From NCBI RefSeq assembly GCF_009914755.1, contig NC_060936.1: a stretch of 64,000 nt of DNA; one strand, given 5' to 3'. This DNA is from the human T2T-CHM13v2.0 reference genome, Homo sapiens. How positions within the stretch are numbered: position 1 is the first letter of the stretch; every line of letters begins with the position of its first letter. Positions 31,365 through 46,545 of this stretch are shown one piece after another. The translations under genes were made by a program, and so were the position numbers. The notes beneath the pieces are model-generated. The model had not been told where the DNA came from. It did not search any database and was given only the letters and a program-made list of their open reading frames with translations.

Positions 31365-31545
31365 AACGAAGTTATTTTTCTAGAGCATTCATAGTTTGTT
31401 TTTATACAGTTAAGGTTCTCATCCATCTGGATTTTTTGGTAAGTGTGGGGAGAATAAAATGAGGAGCCGCTGTTTTTTTCTCCAAATGGCATGTATTGTC
31501 CCAACACAATTTATTGAATCAATAATTCATCTCTCCCATACGAAT
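31365..31545 (-). mobile_element. Old L1M ORF2 fragment
   Basis: Minus strand TTCAATAAATTGTGTTGGGACAA...ATCCAGATGGAT...CTAGAAAAA resembles L1 ORF2. Confidence 0.55.
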
Positions 31546-32943
31546 TTAAACTATTGAACTTTCACATCAAATTTGGAACTACAAAGTAGGTTAACAAGGT
31601 GAGAACTATTATAAGAATAATCTGTCTCAAATGAAGAATGTAAATGTCTTCTTGTCTCCAGTTTATTTCTGCTTAAACCTTAAGTTTAAATGTTTGGACA
31701 GAAAAACACTTATAGTCCTCTATGAAATAAATAACTTGGTAACTCAGAGAAACCACAGACCAAATTACTCTGAAGAACAGCAATTCTTAAAGGAAACCTC
31801 TCAGGAATTTCTGGAACAAGGCTGTCAGCTAGTTTTCAAAATCCTGCACTTCTGATGAAATCAATGAATTGAAAGTCCTCCTCTCTGGTGTGGAGATAAC
31901 GTTGAACTGATCCAGGTTCCTGAGCAGCTCAAGGAGGTCGATGGAAGAGGAAAAGGATTTAATGTAAATTTAATGCAGTTTCTTAGATCTGATCTTAGAG
32001 AATATCTAACTAGGTTGAAAATTCTCTTTCTGTTGTATTTTCAATGGAAGAGCAACAAAGGATTTCTAATTAATAAAGCCTTTTTGTGCCAAGCTGACTT
32101 TAGAATAAAATTCATTCGTTGATTTGCCTTTTTAAAAAAGACAGAAAGTCATAAGCATCCTTCTGGTTTGCAGGTCTTGATGATTACCCCTCTTTATTTC
32201 TGAGAACTCAGGAAGCATCTCCGGCAGGGGTTATCCTTAATAGGCCCCCGATCTCAGGGTTTTAAGAATCACATTGGGAAAACCGACAGATGGATAAAAA
32301 ATAATTACCACACAGTGTGAGTAAAACCTTTTAAAAAGTCTATTACTCTGGGAGCACAGAGTGGCGACGGTTTCCCCAGGCCTCTACTTTAGGAGACTTG
32401 GTTGAGACAATTACTTCACTGGGCTGCATCTGAAGGGACGGTCATCTTAATCAGTAGGAAAACATTTGCCAAACCCAGCTACCGTAAGAATTTAATGCTG
32501 TTAAATGATAGTTTGTGGGATAAGTTTGGGGTATAACTTCTATTTGTAGTCCTAATCATGGGTCTAGTGCTACTGAATTATTTTTTTCCTTGCTGTACCT
32601 GAGATACATATATAACACTTTATTTCTCCAAAATAACATACCTGCCAGTTTTCTGGATATCCTGCCAAAACTGAATGCAAATTTTTCTCTCCAAAAACTG
32701 CAAGTTTGGGGCTTGATTTAATTTTCTCCATGAAGAATAGGCAAGCTTGATGGGCAGCAACTCTTGTACAATTAAACATTAGTACTTAAAATTAACCTAC
32801 TTTGAGAAAACAGCTAAGGAAAATGTAAGGCTGTTTATAACATTCATACATCTATAATCAGCCTTTCGTTCATAGATAGGAAGCATCTGTGGAGCAAACC
32901 ATAATCTTGTTATAATACCTCCCTAGCCTTTTTCTTTTTCATC

Positions 32944-33242
32944 TTTTTTTTTTGGAGAAGGTCTCAGTCTGTCGCCCAGGCTGGAATGCCGTGGTGCAAT
33001 CTTGGCTCACTGTAGGCCCACTGCAGCCTCAACCTCCTAGGCTCAAGCGATACTTTCACCTCAGCCCCTAAATAACCAAGACTACAGGCGTATGCCACCA
33101 CGCCCATCGAATTTTTTTATATTTTGTAGAGACAGGGTCTCCCTATGTTGCCCAGGCTGGTCTTGGTCTGGGCTCAAGCAGTCCTCCCTCCTCGACCTCC
33201 CAAAGTGCTGGGATTACAGGCATGAACCACTGTGCATGGCCA
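32944..33242 (-). mobile_element. Alu (J-like)
   Basis: Antisense Alu dimer. Confidence 0.88.
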
Positions 33243-33316
33243 CCTCCCAAGCTTTTAAAAGCCCTTATCACAATATCATTGGTAGACCCCAGTGGGCAAA
33301 AATTGGCTCATGATAC

Positions 33317-33818
33317 TGTAGGGGACAAAAACAAACAAACAAAATACTTTTCCTTTACATTTCAGGTTTAGTGGCTGGGGCCTGTGAATTAAACTGACAA
33401 AAGGTAAATTAACCAGAGAAAAAGCATACACATTTTATCAATGTTAACATTTTTATGAGCATGGGGCTTCACAGTAGTATATAAGAAGTGTTTAGACTCA
33501 GGGCTTGTCTACCTAACTTAGTAGGGAAAAGGGAGAGGAAGAAAAGTTTCCTATGGGAAGGACAAATGGCTTTTTAGGAGGACAAGTTAGTGGTAATGTT
33601 TTTCTTTATGAGTATTAGTGGTCTTTCTGTCTCCCTCAGGGCCACAAAATTCCCCTGGAGAAGGGATTTACAGTAGCCTCAAATCTCAGAAGCTACTGCT
33701 TTTAGTCAGATAAGGGAAGATCCAAGAAAGCTTTGTTTAGCACTTGTTGAATCTAAAATGTCTTCAGCTTAAGATAATCTTGAAACCAATGCTGGAGTTC
33801 TGAGTGGATCCCCACAAC
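33317..33818 (-). mobile_element. ERV1 solo LTR, MER34/MER39-like
   Basis: TG...CA ends; GGGGCCTGTGAATTAAACTGACAAAA and CTTCAGCTTAAGATAATC motifs; related to the element at 51136. Confidence 0.6.
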
Positions 33819-33849
33819 AGAGCAGTTCAATGTAAAGAATACTGCAAAG

Positions 33850-34366
<517 letters not shown>

Positions 34367-34621
34367 TTACGATTGCCTCAAACAACAACTAGACACACTG
34401 GCTAATTACTCTCAGTAAGATCAGCTCAGTTATGCCAAAACCAAATCCAACACTTTTCTCAGTTAATTGTTAACATCTTTCAGTAGAAAACATCTTGGAA
34501 ATCTTTTAAAAGTCATGAATCAATAGATCAAGTCAGATATTTTCATGGGTTGTGTTTTAATACAATCTCTTTCCAGAAATCCCATAGCATGGAGTTTTGC
34601 CAAAAAAACAAAAAACATTGA

Positions 34622-34955
<334 letters not shown>

Positions 34956-35324
34956 CTAGATTACATATCGTGGTCAGTAACTTTTGCCTGAAAACCTATG
35001 ACATAGGCACCTCTTTCACTTGTGGCATCTCATTTAAAGATTTGTTTATACACTTGACATTTCTGTAGAAGACTTTCTGAGGCTCTCTGAAACCCAGCCT
35101 CAAGCAAAGTTATCTGGGAAAGATCACATGTCAGGTCTTCTTTGGTTTTCATTATAAAAAAATCATTGTGCCACCTCCATGTTAGGAATCTAACCTGATG
35201 GGACACCCTCACCCAGAAACATAGGACACTTCAGGCACCTCAGTGATTTGAGTCTTGAACGATTTGCTCTTCAGCCATTGTCAAAAACTAGGCTGATGCA
35301 TTTGATATTTAAAAAGCATTTTTA

Positions 35325-35892
<568 letters not shown>

Positions 35893-37488
35893 TTAAACCG
35901 AAGTGCACATAAGAATCATCTCAGAGCTTCTCCAAAATGCAGATTTCTGGATCCCACAAACTCAGATGCTGATTATAGTAAATCAAGGGTTGAAAACCAG
36001 GGAACTGTACTTCAACAAGCACCGTTAAGTGATTCAAATTTGAGAAAAGCTGGCTTAAGGGTAAATAAATAGTACAATTTAAAAAATCTTACAGACAGGG
36101 TTTCAAATCATGTCATTATTTTAAATTGTGTAATCCTGGGGAAACTAATCTTTTTTACCTCAGTTTCTTCCATTATAAAGTGAAAATTAAAAATTACTTG
36201 AGCAAAGGGTCATTTTAAGGATCAAATGAGTCTGAATGTCCTACCACAGCACCGGGAGGATAGAAAGCACATAATAAATGCTGACTGTCATTATTATCAC
36301 CACATATTTTCAAACCTTGACTCAGGGTAGTGCCAGTGCTTAGGGAAGTTTTTCTATGGGTACCCACAGTATTTACTCTTCTTTTGTAGCCCTGACCCAG
36401 GGCTTAAAAGTGTTTTTCATTTGTGTTCCTGCATACTCCAAGAGAAATCTCTTGCTTGCTTTTTTGAAGTCCCTAGATATAGAGTAATTACCCCTTTTTT
36501 GCTTATTGTCCACATATTCTTGTCACCATCCTGGTTTTATTATGTCAGCTCCCGTCATGCCATTTATCCAGTTTGCCACATGTGGCAAACAGTGATTATT
36601 TATAAAGAAATTGTAGTTCATTCCCTACCATATAATTACGGCAAATTGAATTCTAAGCCCAAACCCCTTTGCAAATAGTTTTTGGCTAAACAATCTGAAA
36701 ACTGCCTGCCTGATAAAATTGGAGGAAACTGAGACAGGGGAGTGCCTTCAATTAAGGCACTACAAGCCCAGTTTGAATGAGCTAGACTTTAATTAGGACA
36801 CAAGAAGCAATTTAGAGATAATCTCACTAAATCAAAAAACTGAATGATAAGCGTGAGCATTACTGTGCAGAGAAATGATTTTCCTGTTGAAGGAGATTAT
36901 GGAGCACCTTAGAGCTGTAGGAAGTGGAAACGGACATGAATTATTTTTAAAGAAATGTGTACATTTATATATAACATTTGCACCTCAAAGAACGCTTTTG
37001 AAGTAATTACAAATTCAGTATAGCTAACTCGGAGGGACTGATGTTGTTTTGTCATTTAAGATATTAAAATAAAGTTTTACTCCAAGCGCTCTGGTAGGAG
37101 GTGGAATGCCAAGAAGTTTCTGAATAAAACAAATATCTGGGTCCAGCATTTTCCAGTTATTATTTTTCTCTCCTCCTCTTCTTTTTACTCACATTCTTTT
37201 TTGGTACATGTTCTTCAAACTGTGTTTCAGAAAATATGTATGATTCCCACCACTGTCATCTGGGCTATTTTTCTGGCTCAATTGCACAATATTGTGAAAG
37301 CATTCAACATCAGTTAAGAGTGACTGGAGTATGAATACAAACGAGGATCCACGCTGAAGGATTTTACTAGAAAATTAGTTGCAAAAACATATTACTTATG
37401 GAAATTACATGCACATTTATTAAAATAATGTTAAAAAATCCAAGTCCCTCACCCTGAATCCTTTTTCTTTTTTTTAACATCAAAACCA

Positions 37489-37764
<276 letters not shown>

Positions 37765-38850
37765 TAACCATTTTAAAATGTACACTTCAGTGATACTAAG
37801 TAAAATTCACATTGTTGTGCACCCTTAGCCATTTTGATGAAGAATTTAAGACTCATTTTTGTATCAGTAGATTATGGAGGAGCATAATAGTCCTTCACAG
37901 AAAGAAGGAAAGAGCAACCTGAGAGACAGCTTTTACCTTCCCTCACACTTAGGGAGAGGTTTTTGACAGCTATGAGCACTGTACCTGGGAAAAGAATCAC
38001 GGCAGTGCTGGGATGGGGATTTCAGACTCTTAAATATGATTCTTTCTATCCTGTGTCCTGACTCTTTTTTTAGACCTCAGCCTTGACTTTTTTAGACTTT
38101 TTAGACAAGCATGAAGTTTCTTGAAAATTTGCATGGATAATAAGGCTGCAACAGAGGCAGGCTCCTCTTTCTCAGTAGCAACATCTATTTGTAGAATAGC
38201 AGCAATGACAATGTCATAGCCCTAATGGGCCTTACAGAAGAAAAGAATATATACATCAATATATACACATATACTAATGGTAGCACAAGTCTTGGAGATA
38301 ATTTCGTGCTATAAGAATTCCAAAAAAAGGCAATTTCTGAAAGCTGGGATGATTGTTGCCTAATTGTTAAAATGACTGCGTTTACTTAATATAAATTTTA
38401 TTTGAAATACTATGAAATAAAACATCAATAGAAATCTTGTATTATGTGCAAAATTTGAAATTACACTGTGCATCAAAGGAAAAAATGCAAGGATTTTGTA
38501 ATTTCAAAGCCAGTCTGTAAAACTATTTATGTTAATGGCACATGATAGCTCCACTATAAGTAAAAAGAAATACCCAACACCCTTTGTCAATCTTCAGGGA
38601 AAATGGGTTCTGAATTATGAGAGCTGTGACTAATGAGTGATTTTCAGGAATGCATTTCTGTGTTAGATGCACTGCCCTTGTGCTCTGAAGGCTTTGATGT
38701 TCTTAAGGGCAGTTGGACTCATTATTCTGCATTATTTTCATTTTTTTCCTGGAGGAAACATAGCTACTCTAGTGTAGCAGGGCAAACCTTGTGGATGAAA
38801 CGGAAATATCTTACAAAATGTAAACCTCTTGTATTAAAAAGTTAAAATTC

Positions 38851-39158
38851 CGGCCGGGTGCGGTGACTCACGCCTGTAATGCCAGCACTTTGGGAGGCCG
38901 AGGAGGGCGGATCACGAGGTCAGGAGATCGAGACCATCCGGGCTAACATGGTGAAACCCCGTCTCTACTAAAAATACAAAAAAATTAGCTGGACGTGGTG
39001 GCGGGCGCCTGTAGTCCCAGCTACTCAGGAGGCTGAGGCAGGAGAATGGCATGAACCCAGGAGGCGGAGCTTGCAGTGAGCCAAGATGGCACCACTGCGC
39101 TCCAGCCTAGGTGACAGAGTGAGACTCCATCTCAAAAAAAAAAAAAAAAAAGAAAAAA
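38851..39158 (+). mobile_element. AluY
   Basis: Starts GGCCGGG; TSD AAAAAGTTA(A/G)A(A/T)TTCC. Confidence 0.93.
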
Positions 39159-39953
39159 GTTAGATTTCCAGGATCTCTTTCTAATGGCCGAAGATTAGAG
39201 ATCATGGCTTGTGGAGCACATCTCATCTTCACTTTCTGTGAATGGGACCAATGCAGGAATTGAAAAATAGAGCCTCACATTGACAAGACAGAAATCTATT
39301 GCTAGGACTTTGCAAGATTTATTAAGAAAGTGGTCAGTGTTTTAAAATGACGGCTAATTTCACCCAGAAGCATGGAAAAAGGCACTCATTCAGCCATTGT
39401 CTGCTTATTAATAAAAACCTGTAGCTTACATAGTGAAGCTGAGTTGCCCTGAGAATTACACCAGCTGTCTTTCTGACTAAATTCAAGCAGTGGCTTTAAC
39501 TGACCTTTTTTTTTTTTTTTATCTGAATTAAGATCATTTGGGCCACACCTATGAGCTGAGGTCTAGTTCAGATTTGTTGGAGAATGCTCACCCATCAGTA
39601 ATTTTTTGACTGATTCAAGCCCCTTGACCAATGGACATTAGAGGATGAATGAGAAAGTGGAATACATTAAGTAACTTAGAATGAAGAAAAATCATAGCAT
39701 AAGAGATACATTTTTGACACTTTGTAACATGTAAATTATAATTAATACATAAATTTGCACCAATTACTTGACTCAAGAGCTCAAAACTTTCTGTAATGGG
39801 TTTGAAGCACAAAAATACAGTGTTTATAGTCAGAGTGCAGCCTTTACTTTCAATAATGGTTATGGAAAGCAAGTTTGGCTTTAGGTTGTAAAGAGTTTTT
39901 CAGTGCCAAGGCATTTGACTGCCCTTTCTTTCTTATTCTCCATTGTCTTGCAG

Positions 39954-40122
39954 ACCAGATGATGTGCTTCTGCATCGCACTCATGATGAGATTGTCCTCC
40001 TGCATTGCTTCCTCTGGCCCCTGGTGACATTTGTGGTGGGCGTTCTCATTGTGGTCCTGACCATCTGTGCCAAGAGCTTGGCGGTCAAGGCGGAAGCCAT
40101 GAAGAAGCGCAAGTTCTCTTAA
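39954..40122 (+). CDS. KCNMB4: KCNMB4 last coding exon (second TM helix and C-terminus)
   Basis: Pyrimidine tract and TTGCAG acceptor. Phase matches exon 2 (AG+A = Arg). Translates (R)[55 protein letters not shown], stop TAA at 40120-40122. Confidence 0.97.
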
Positions 40123-41466
40123 AGGGGAAGGAGGCTTGTAGAAAGCAAAGTACAGAAGCTGTACTCATCGGCACGCGTCCACCTGCGGAACCTGTGTTTC
40201 CTGGCGCAGGAGATGGACAGGGCCACGACAGGGCTCTGAGAGGCTCATCCCTCAGTGGCAACAGAAACAGGCACAACTGGAAGACTTGGAACCTCAAAGC
40301 TTGTATTCCATCTGCTGTAGCAATGGCTAAAGGGTCAAGATCTTAGCTGTATGGAGTAACTATTTCAGAAAACCCTATAAGAAGTTCATTTTCTTTCAAA
40401 AGTAACAGTATATTATTTGTACAGTGTAGTATACAAACCATTATGATTTATGCTACTTAAAAATATTAAAATAGAGTGGTCTGTGTTATTTTCTATTTCC
40501 TTTTTTATGCTTAGAACACCAGGGTTTAAAAAAAAAAAAAAGGTGAGGACATCTGGGTCTCATTTGCTTCTGCTAGGTTAAACTTTTACTTGACAACAAG
40601 GATTCCTGCTGAAGTCTGAACCTTACTGTGTAACCCTCAGTTTCCACTATTAAAGAGTATCTTTTGACGTCTGCTTGGAAAATGAATAGTATACTGGTAA
40701 CTCAGTCTCCAGTCACCTCTGTGTCTCTTAAGCAAGAGATTCTAAAAGATTGGGAAAACATATCCTCCAACACCTGCCTTTGCCTAACCATTATTTTTCA
40801 CCAGATTACTTCTTAAGAGAGGGAGGTGATTCTGAAGAAGGCTTCTATCTCAAAAAGCACTGGGCTTCCTTATTCATCTGTTCTTGTTGTTTTTGACGGA
40901 GTTAAAAAAGTTTGTGTGCAATACAATATACATGATGTGAAGGACACTCTTCAGCTTAGTGAAACGCTGTTTTCATTTTTTTTTTTTTTTGTAGGTCAGA
41001 AAAAAACAACAAAATCAGTTCAAGCATTTTTTTTTCTTTGTCCTTGCCTTGATGTTATGAGTATTAAAACCAGGAGGATTGCTGCCATTGTGCAGTTTGC
41101 TTAGACAAACCTGGAGATGCAACCCAGCTCACATCATTGCTACTGATGAGCTTTCTGTGCCTTTATCAAAAGTTGATTGAGAAGACCATATTTCTTTGTA
41201 TCTTTTTATAAACTCAAATTCCAAGTATCAAATCGCAGGTCTCAGTGAACATCAAACCTATTTACTACATAGAATCAAACCTTTGTTTAGGTGAGATGTA
41301 CATCGTTAGTGGAGGAAAAACTGACAACCTAATTTCATTTGTTTTCTTCTGATACTCTTCAGACATGCCTCTATTAGAATAAAGGTAAACTGGAATTTAA
41401 AGACAAGTTCCCCTCAGTTATTTCCATGGAGCTGTAATATGTATATATGGAGTGATGGTTTCCTGA

Positions 41467-41777
<311 letters not shown>

Positions 41778-41864
41778 CAATGTTTTCTTAATCTTAGAAT
41801 GTGAATAACTGAAAATCATAGTCTGTGGAAAGGTGTTGAATTGAGTATAATCTTCTTCTGTTTA

Positions 41865-42045
41865 TTTTTGTGTTTTGTTTTTTAACAGATGGGTATCTTG
41901 CTATGTTGCCCAGGATGGAGTGCAGTAGCTATTCACAGGTATGATCATAGCACACTGCAGCCTCAAGCTCCTGGGCTCAAGCGATCCCCCTCCCTCAGCC
42001 TCCCAAGTATCTGGGGTTACTGGTGTGCACCACCGTGCTTGGCTC
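41865..42045 (-). mobile_element. Alu monomer (FAM-like)
   Basis: Contains GCTATTCACAGG, typical of 7SL-derived FAM monomers. Confidence 0.75.
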
Positions 42046-42709
42046 CAATAATTTTTTTTCTAATTCAAAAGTTACAGTTTCACTGTGAAAAAGGCCTTGA
42101 ACACACTATTTATGACATCTTTTGAGGCAGCTCCAGTGCCTTGACTTCAATCCCAGTTTCCGGTTGCAGCATCCTTGTTGTCTTAGCAACACAGTGAACT
42201 ATTCTGAAGCATAGAGTAACACGAAACTGGGAGTCCGAGAAATAATCATCTCTGCATCACATTATGGGAGACGAAGTCTGCTTTATCCATTTTATCTTTA
42301 TTCAGTTGTCTATGATTAATTGATTACAGAGTAGTAGATTAGAATAGTGCATGGATATACATTTGTGTTGAAAAAAGGGGAAGTTGATATATATCAATCT
42401 TAGTTTTCATTTATCAGTTTGATATTCATGCATTTACACTAAACGCTTCCATTTATCCCGAAAAAGTATATGCAACTGTATTCTGTAGGTTGATTTTTGG
42501 AAAAGGGGAGAAGCACACTGAATTCATAAGGTCACATGTAGTCTTAAGGTCTTACTTGCTTACAGCCAATTAAATTTGAAGCACCTTATTTATACTTGTT
42601 AAAGGTAAAACCCAAAAGAACAAGCAGAGGACATTTTAAGGTCATAAAAGGTAAATAAGCTTACCTTCTTAATGTTTTCATTCTCTTTTTGTATAAATCA
42701 GAAAATGAT

Positions 42710-43130
42710 CTAAACTGCTGTAACAAAGAGACCCCAAAATATGATGGCTCATGTAAGATAATTTATTTTTTTCTCACATAGCAATCCAGAAGTGGCTTCA
42801 TTTCACAAGGTATTCAAGGGATATAGGAGTCATCTACCTTGTTAGTTCTCTTAATACCCAAGGGTATTGTTCTTTCCATGGTCAAAGCTGGCTCAAGACT
42901 TCCTAGCCTGTGAAAAAAGAAGAAGGTGGAGCAAGCCATTTCCTTTTTAGGAAATTACAGCCATCACTTCTGCCCACCGTCCATTCATGAATACTTACTA
43001 TATAGCTATACCTAGCTTCAAGAAAGCCTGGGACGTGTCTCTAACTAGATGGACATGTGCCCTACTAAAACTCCAGGGAAAGGGTTCTATTACTAAAGCT
43101 AAAAAGAGGGGAATGAATACTAGAGTTAAA
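42710..43130 (-). mobile_element. Old ERVL LTR, LTR33-like
   Basis: CTGCTGTAACAAAGAGACCCCAAAATA...TTTATTTTTTCTCAC motif; a similar fragment lies at ~45258-45700. Confidence 0.5.
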
Positions 43131-43455
43131 GACAAAAATGATAGCAGCCAATGGCCCATGCCGTGATAATCTGCTGAGCAGGCATGATGGAGATCCCTTG
43201 CCCAGCAGAAAGTGTTCCTTGGTGAAATCATGAATCTGCTATCTAGGAGAAACTCCCTTGTCCATTGTCTTCTGTGGCCACTAGTTTGACCTCTAGGAAA
43301 GTCTTGCTCGTCAGCTTCTGTGGCCCCGTCTGAAACTTTTGAGGGACATCGCAGCTTTTGCAGCCCCTGCTTGCTGGTGCAGACTTTTAGACCTAGATTG
43401 CCTTAGAGACTGAAAAATATACGCTTTTATAGGCCGGGGTTTTAGTTCATTTGAC

Positions 43456-43873
43456 TGTAATAAAGACTTCAATGCCGTTTTTAATGTTTGACTGCTGACA
43501 TCTTTCAAGACTCACCTTTCCCTTCTCCCTTATGCTGCACATCTGGGCAAGCTGATGGAAGCATGGGTGCCTCCTCCTTTGGCCCCAGCAGGAAGTTCAA
43601 ATCACGCAAGCCCTGGCATGCATGCAGGAAGCTTCACCCCAGCCTCACACTCTAAGACGGATAAAAGCCAAACCAATTAAGCCGTTTCTCGACCCTCCTG
43701 GGAGCCTGCCCTATCTCCCTGGAAAGTCTCAGTATGTGAGTAATAAACCTTTTTATACCCATTTCTTGTGTGTGTGGCATTATCAGTCTCAGCATCCGAA
43801 CTGAATTCGTGGTAATTTTCTATGAATTTTGGGAGGAGGAAGTTCATCTGACATCTTAAGGGTCATCATAGCA
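43456..43873 (+). mobile_element. Solo LTR, LTR47-like (ERVL class)
   Basis: Starts TG and ends CA. Contains GTTTGACTGCTGACA...ACATCTGGGCAAGCTGAT...GGAAGTTCAAA, which I recall from LTR47, plus an ATAAAA TATA-like motif and AATAAA. Family assigned from memory. Confidence 0.6.
43742..43777 (+). terminator. Polyadenylation signal with downstream GU-rich element, inside an LTR
   Basis: AATAAA at 43742-43747, CA at 43760-43761, then TTTCTTGTGTGTGTGG. Confidence 0.65.
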
Positions 43874-44161
43874 TTGGTGACATCATTTTATCAAAAATAC
43901 TAGAGGTTTCTGGTTCATTTGCTTTCAGTCAGTTCATGTGAAAGTAGCCACAGCCAAAGAACTGTTCTAGTTATAGTTCTTTAAGCCAGCAATGTGTTAT
44001 TTATTAGTCACTGTGCCTGGCCCATACCTCTGTCCCTCAAATTAATGGCAGCCATCTTGAAGTCTTCTCCAACAATGAGTTTAAGTGGTGATGCAACATT
44101 CTTCATCTGATCTTTTCTGCCGAAATGACTCCCATTGTCTGACCAGTAACACAATGGAGAC

Positions 44162-44453
44162 TTTTTTTTTTTTTTTTTTTTGAGACGGAGTCTTGCTCTG
44201 TCACTCAGGCTGGAATGCAGTGGCGTAATCTTGGCTCACTGCAACCCCTGCCTCCCGGTTCAAGCAATTTTCTTGCCTCAGCCTCCTGAATAACTTAGAT
44301 TACAGGCTTCTGCTGGCTAATTTTTGTATTTTTTAGTAAAGACAGGGTTTCACTATGTTGGCCAGGTTGATCGTGAACTCCTGACCTTTGGTGATCCCCC
44401 CATCTCGGCGTCCCAAAGTGCTGAGATTACAGGCGTGAGCCTCTGCACCCAGC
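44162..44453 (-). mobile_element. Alu (S-like)
   Basis: Antisense Alu. Confidence 0.9.
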
Positions 44454-44848
44454 CACAGTGGTGACTATTGAACAAAACTGAATAATAGTCACATCTCCTG
44501 CTCCCTTGAATGCAGAAGCAATTGTACTTCAGGGCATGGTGTTATCTACTTGCAAACTTTTTATTTTTTGATCTTACAGCAACTACTTTTGATAGTACCT
44601 CACTAAAAACATCAGCAAGGAGCCACCAATATACATTGACCACTCTGGTTCTAACTGCTTTCCCCATAGCTAGTCTGCCTTTCAAATTGTTGCTGGTGTC
44701 AGTTTTACCTAGTGATTGGTCAAAACATAACAAGGGTCTCTAGTTTTTCATCCTGCAATATCTGTTTCCACACTGCCGGTTGCCTGGCAACACAATACCA
44801 GAGCCACATATTTTAGATTTTTGTTATGATGGCACTTTTCCATTCCTA

Positions 44849-45230
44849 CGTATCAGTCAGCTAGAGCTGCATAACAAATAGCAAAGACTGGGTGGCTTAA
44901 ACAACCAAAATTTGTTTTTTAACAGTTCTGAGGGCCAAAAGTTCAAGGTCAAAGTGTTGGCAAGTTTGGTTTCTCCTGAGGCCTCTCTCCTTGGCTTGCA
45001 GATGGCTCCCTTCTTGCTGTGTCCTTACACTAGGCACTTGTGCCCCTAATGTCTCCCTGTGTGTTCCAGTGTTCTCTTATAAGGACACCAGTCTTATAAG
45101 ATTAGGGCCCCTCTCTATGATTTCATTTAACCTTAATTATCTCCTGAAAGGCCCTATCTTCCAATATAGTTACATTGGGGCTTTGGCCTTCAACCTATAA
45201 ATTTTGGGGGTCTACAACTTAGTCCATAAT
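44849..45230 (-). mobile_element. MLT1A/B-like MaLR LTR
   Basis: GACTGGGTGGCTTAAACAAC...CTTATAAGGACACCAGTC motifs. Confidence 0.75.
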
Positions 45231-46469
45231 ATTCTGGTACTGAATTTAAAACTATTAGGGTGTCGGCTAAGCCACTGTGACAGAGAAACCCCCAAATACT
45301 GTAGTTCCAATAAGATAATTTATTTTCTTTCTTGTAGCCATCAGGAGGTAGCCCATGAAATTGTCCAGGGACTTATATTTATTCTACCATTATTTTTACT
45401 CTATTATTATTTTATATTATTATTATACTTATTCTACCATTTATTCTGCCATTCCCTAGAGTGTCCTCTTCATAGTGGTCAACCTGTGGGATGGAGAAGA
45501 GAAAAGTAAAGGGCAAGCACATACATTTGAATAAAATGAGATAGAAGTTGCACACATCAAGTTTGTATATTCTTTTGGTAAGAAATTAACTGCAGAGGAA
45601 CCTCTTGCTGAGCAGCCATGCCTTCTAAAACCTGGGACAGAGATTTTATTATTAAAATGAGGAAAGGGAGAATGAACGGGGGGGAGGATTATCAGTTCCT
45701 TCCTACATTCCTCTTCTATACATCTTACATTTTGTATTGAGTATGAGAAGAGACCTGAAATTTAGATGATTCTTTACATTTTTATTTATCTAAAATTGAA
45801 GTTTACCTAATTTAGTTTAATTTAATTATTTTACTGATTTAAATTAATCAGAATTTTCTTAAAATTCAGTAAAAGAAAAAAACGTAAGGGAAGCTTTGTT
45901 GCTTTGCAAAATAGGGAGATATTTCAGGAAGGTAAGGGGAGAGGTCTATCCTACAGTATGGAGTACAGAAGTGGGACTTAGAGATAGCCAAGAGAGTTTG
46001 AAATATTCAAAGAATATATACAATAGAATCTGTAGCCTTTTTTAAAAAAAAAATTAGAATTTCCATCTCTCTGAATGTATTCCAGTTGTAAAAAAAAAAT
46101 GTATTGAGTTTCCCATCATATGGAAGTTTTTAAAATTGTAGGAAATAAAATATTCAGAAGGCTACACAAGGTATTAAAAAAGGGGACAGGGATATAATAG
46201 CTTACTAGCTTATTAGAATGAATTTGGTTCCTTATGAGGGATAATCTAGAGAAAAGAGGCATAGAATAAGATCTTTGGAACCAAACAGTCTGAGTTTGAA
46301 TCCTGGCTCTCCCTTTTGGCATCTGTGTGATCTTGGGCAAGCTACCTAATTTCTATTACAGCTTTGTTATCTCAACTGTAAAATGAGGCTGATATTGATA
46401 TATCATTGGAGAGGACTAAGTGAGACCATGCAAAATGTGTACTTGGCACAGTGCCTGATCCACAAATAC

Positions 46470-46472
46470 TGA

Positions 46473-46506
<34 letters not shown>

Positions 46507-46545
46507 GGTGATGATGGTGATAATAACAGTGATGATGATGGTAGT
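46470..46545. repeat. Compound (GAT)n(GGT)n microsatellite at the end of a MIR (~46250-46470)
   Basis: Read directly from the sequence. Confidence 0.9.

Noticed and set aside
31348-31608. Poly(T) followed by a ~250 bp segment, resembling a processed pseudogene tail or Alu transduction
   Set aside because: The sequence resembles old L1 ORF2 and no TSD encloses the unit. The T-run is more simply the Alu target site.
40005-40346. 113 aa ORF overlapping KCNMB4 exon 3
   Set aside because: Alternative frame of the real exon with a non-ATG start. Upstream in-frame stops block access by splicing, and there is no recognisable domain.
40528-40541. A-run that could mark an mRNA end
   Set aside because: Genomic A tract, a likely oligo-dT internal priming site rather than evidence of cleavage.
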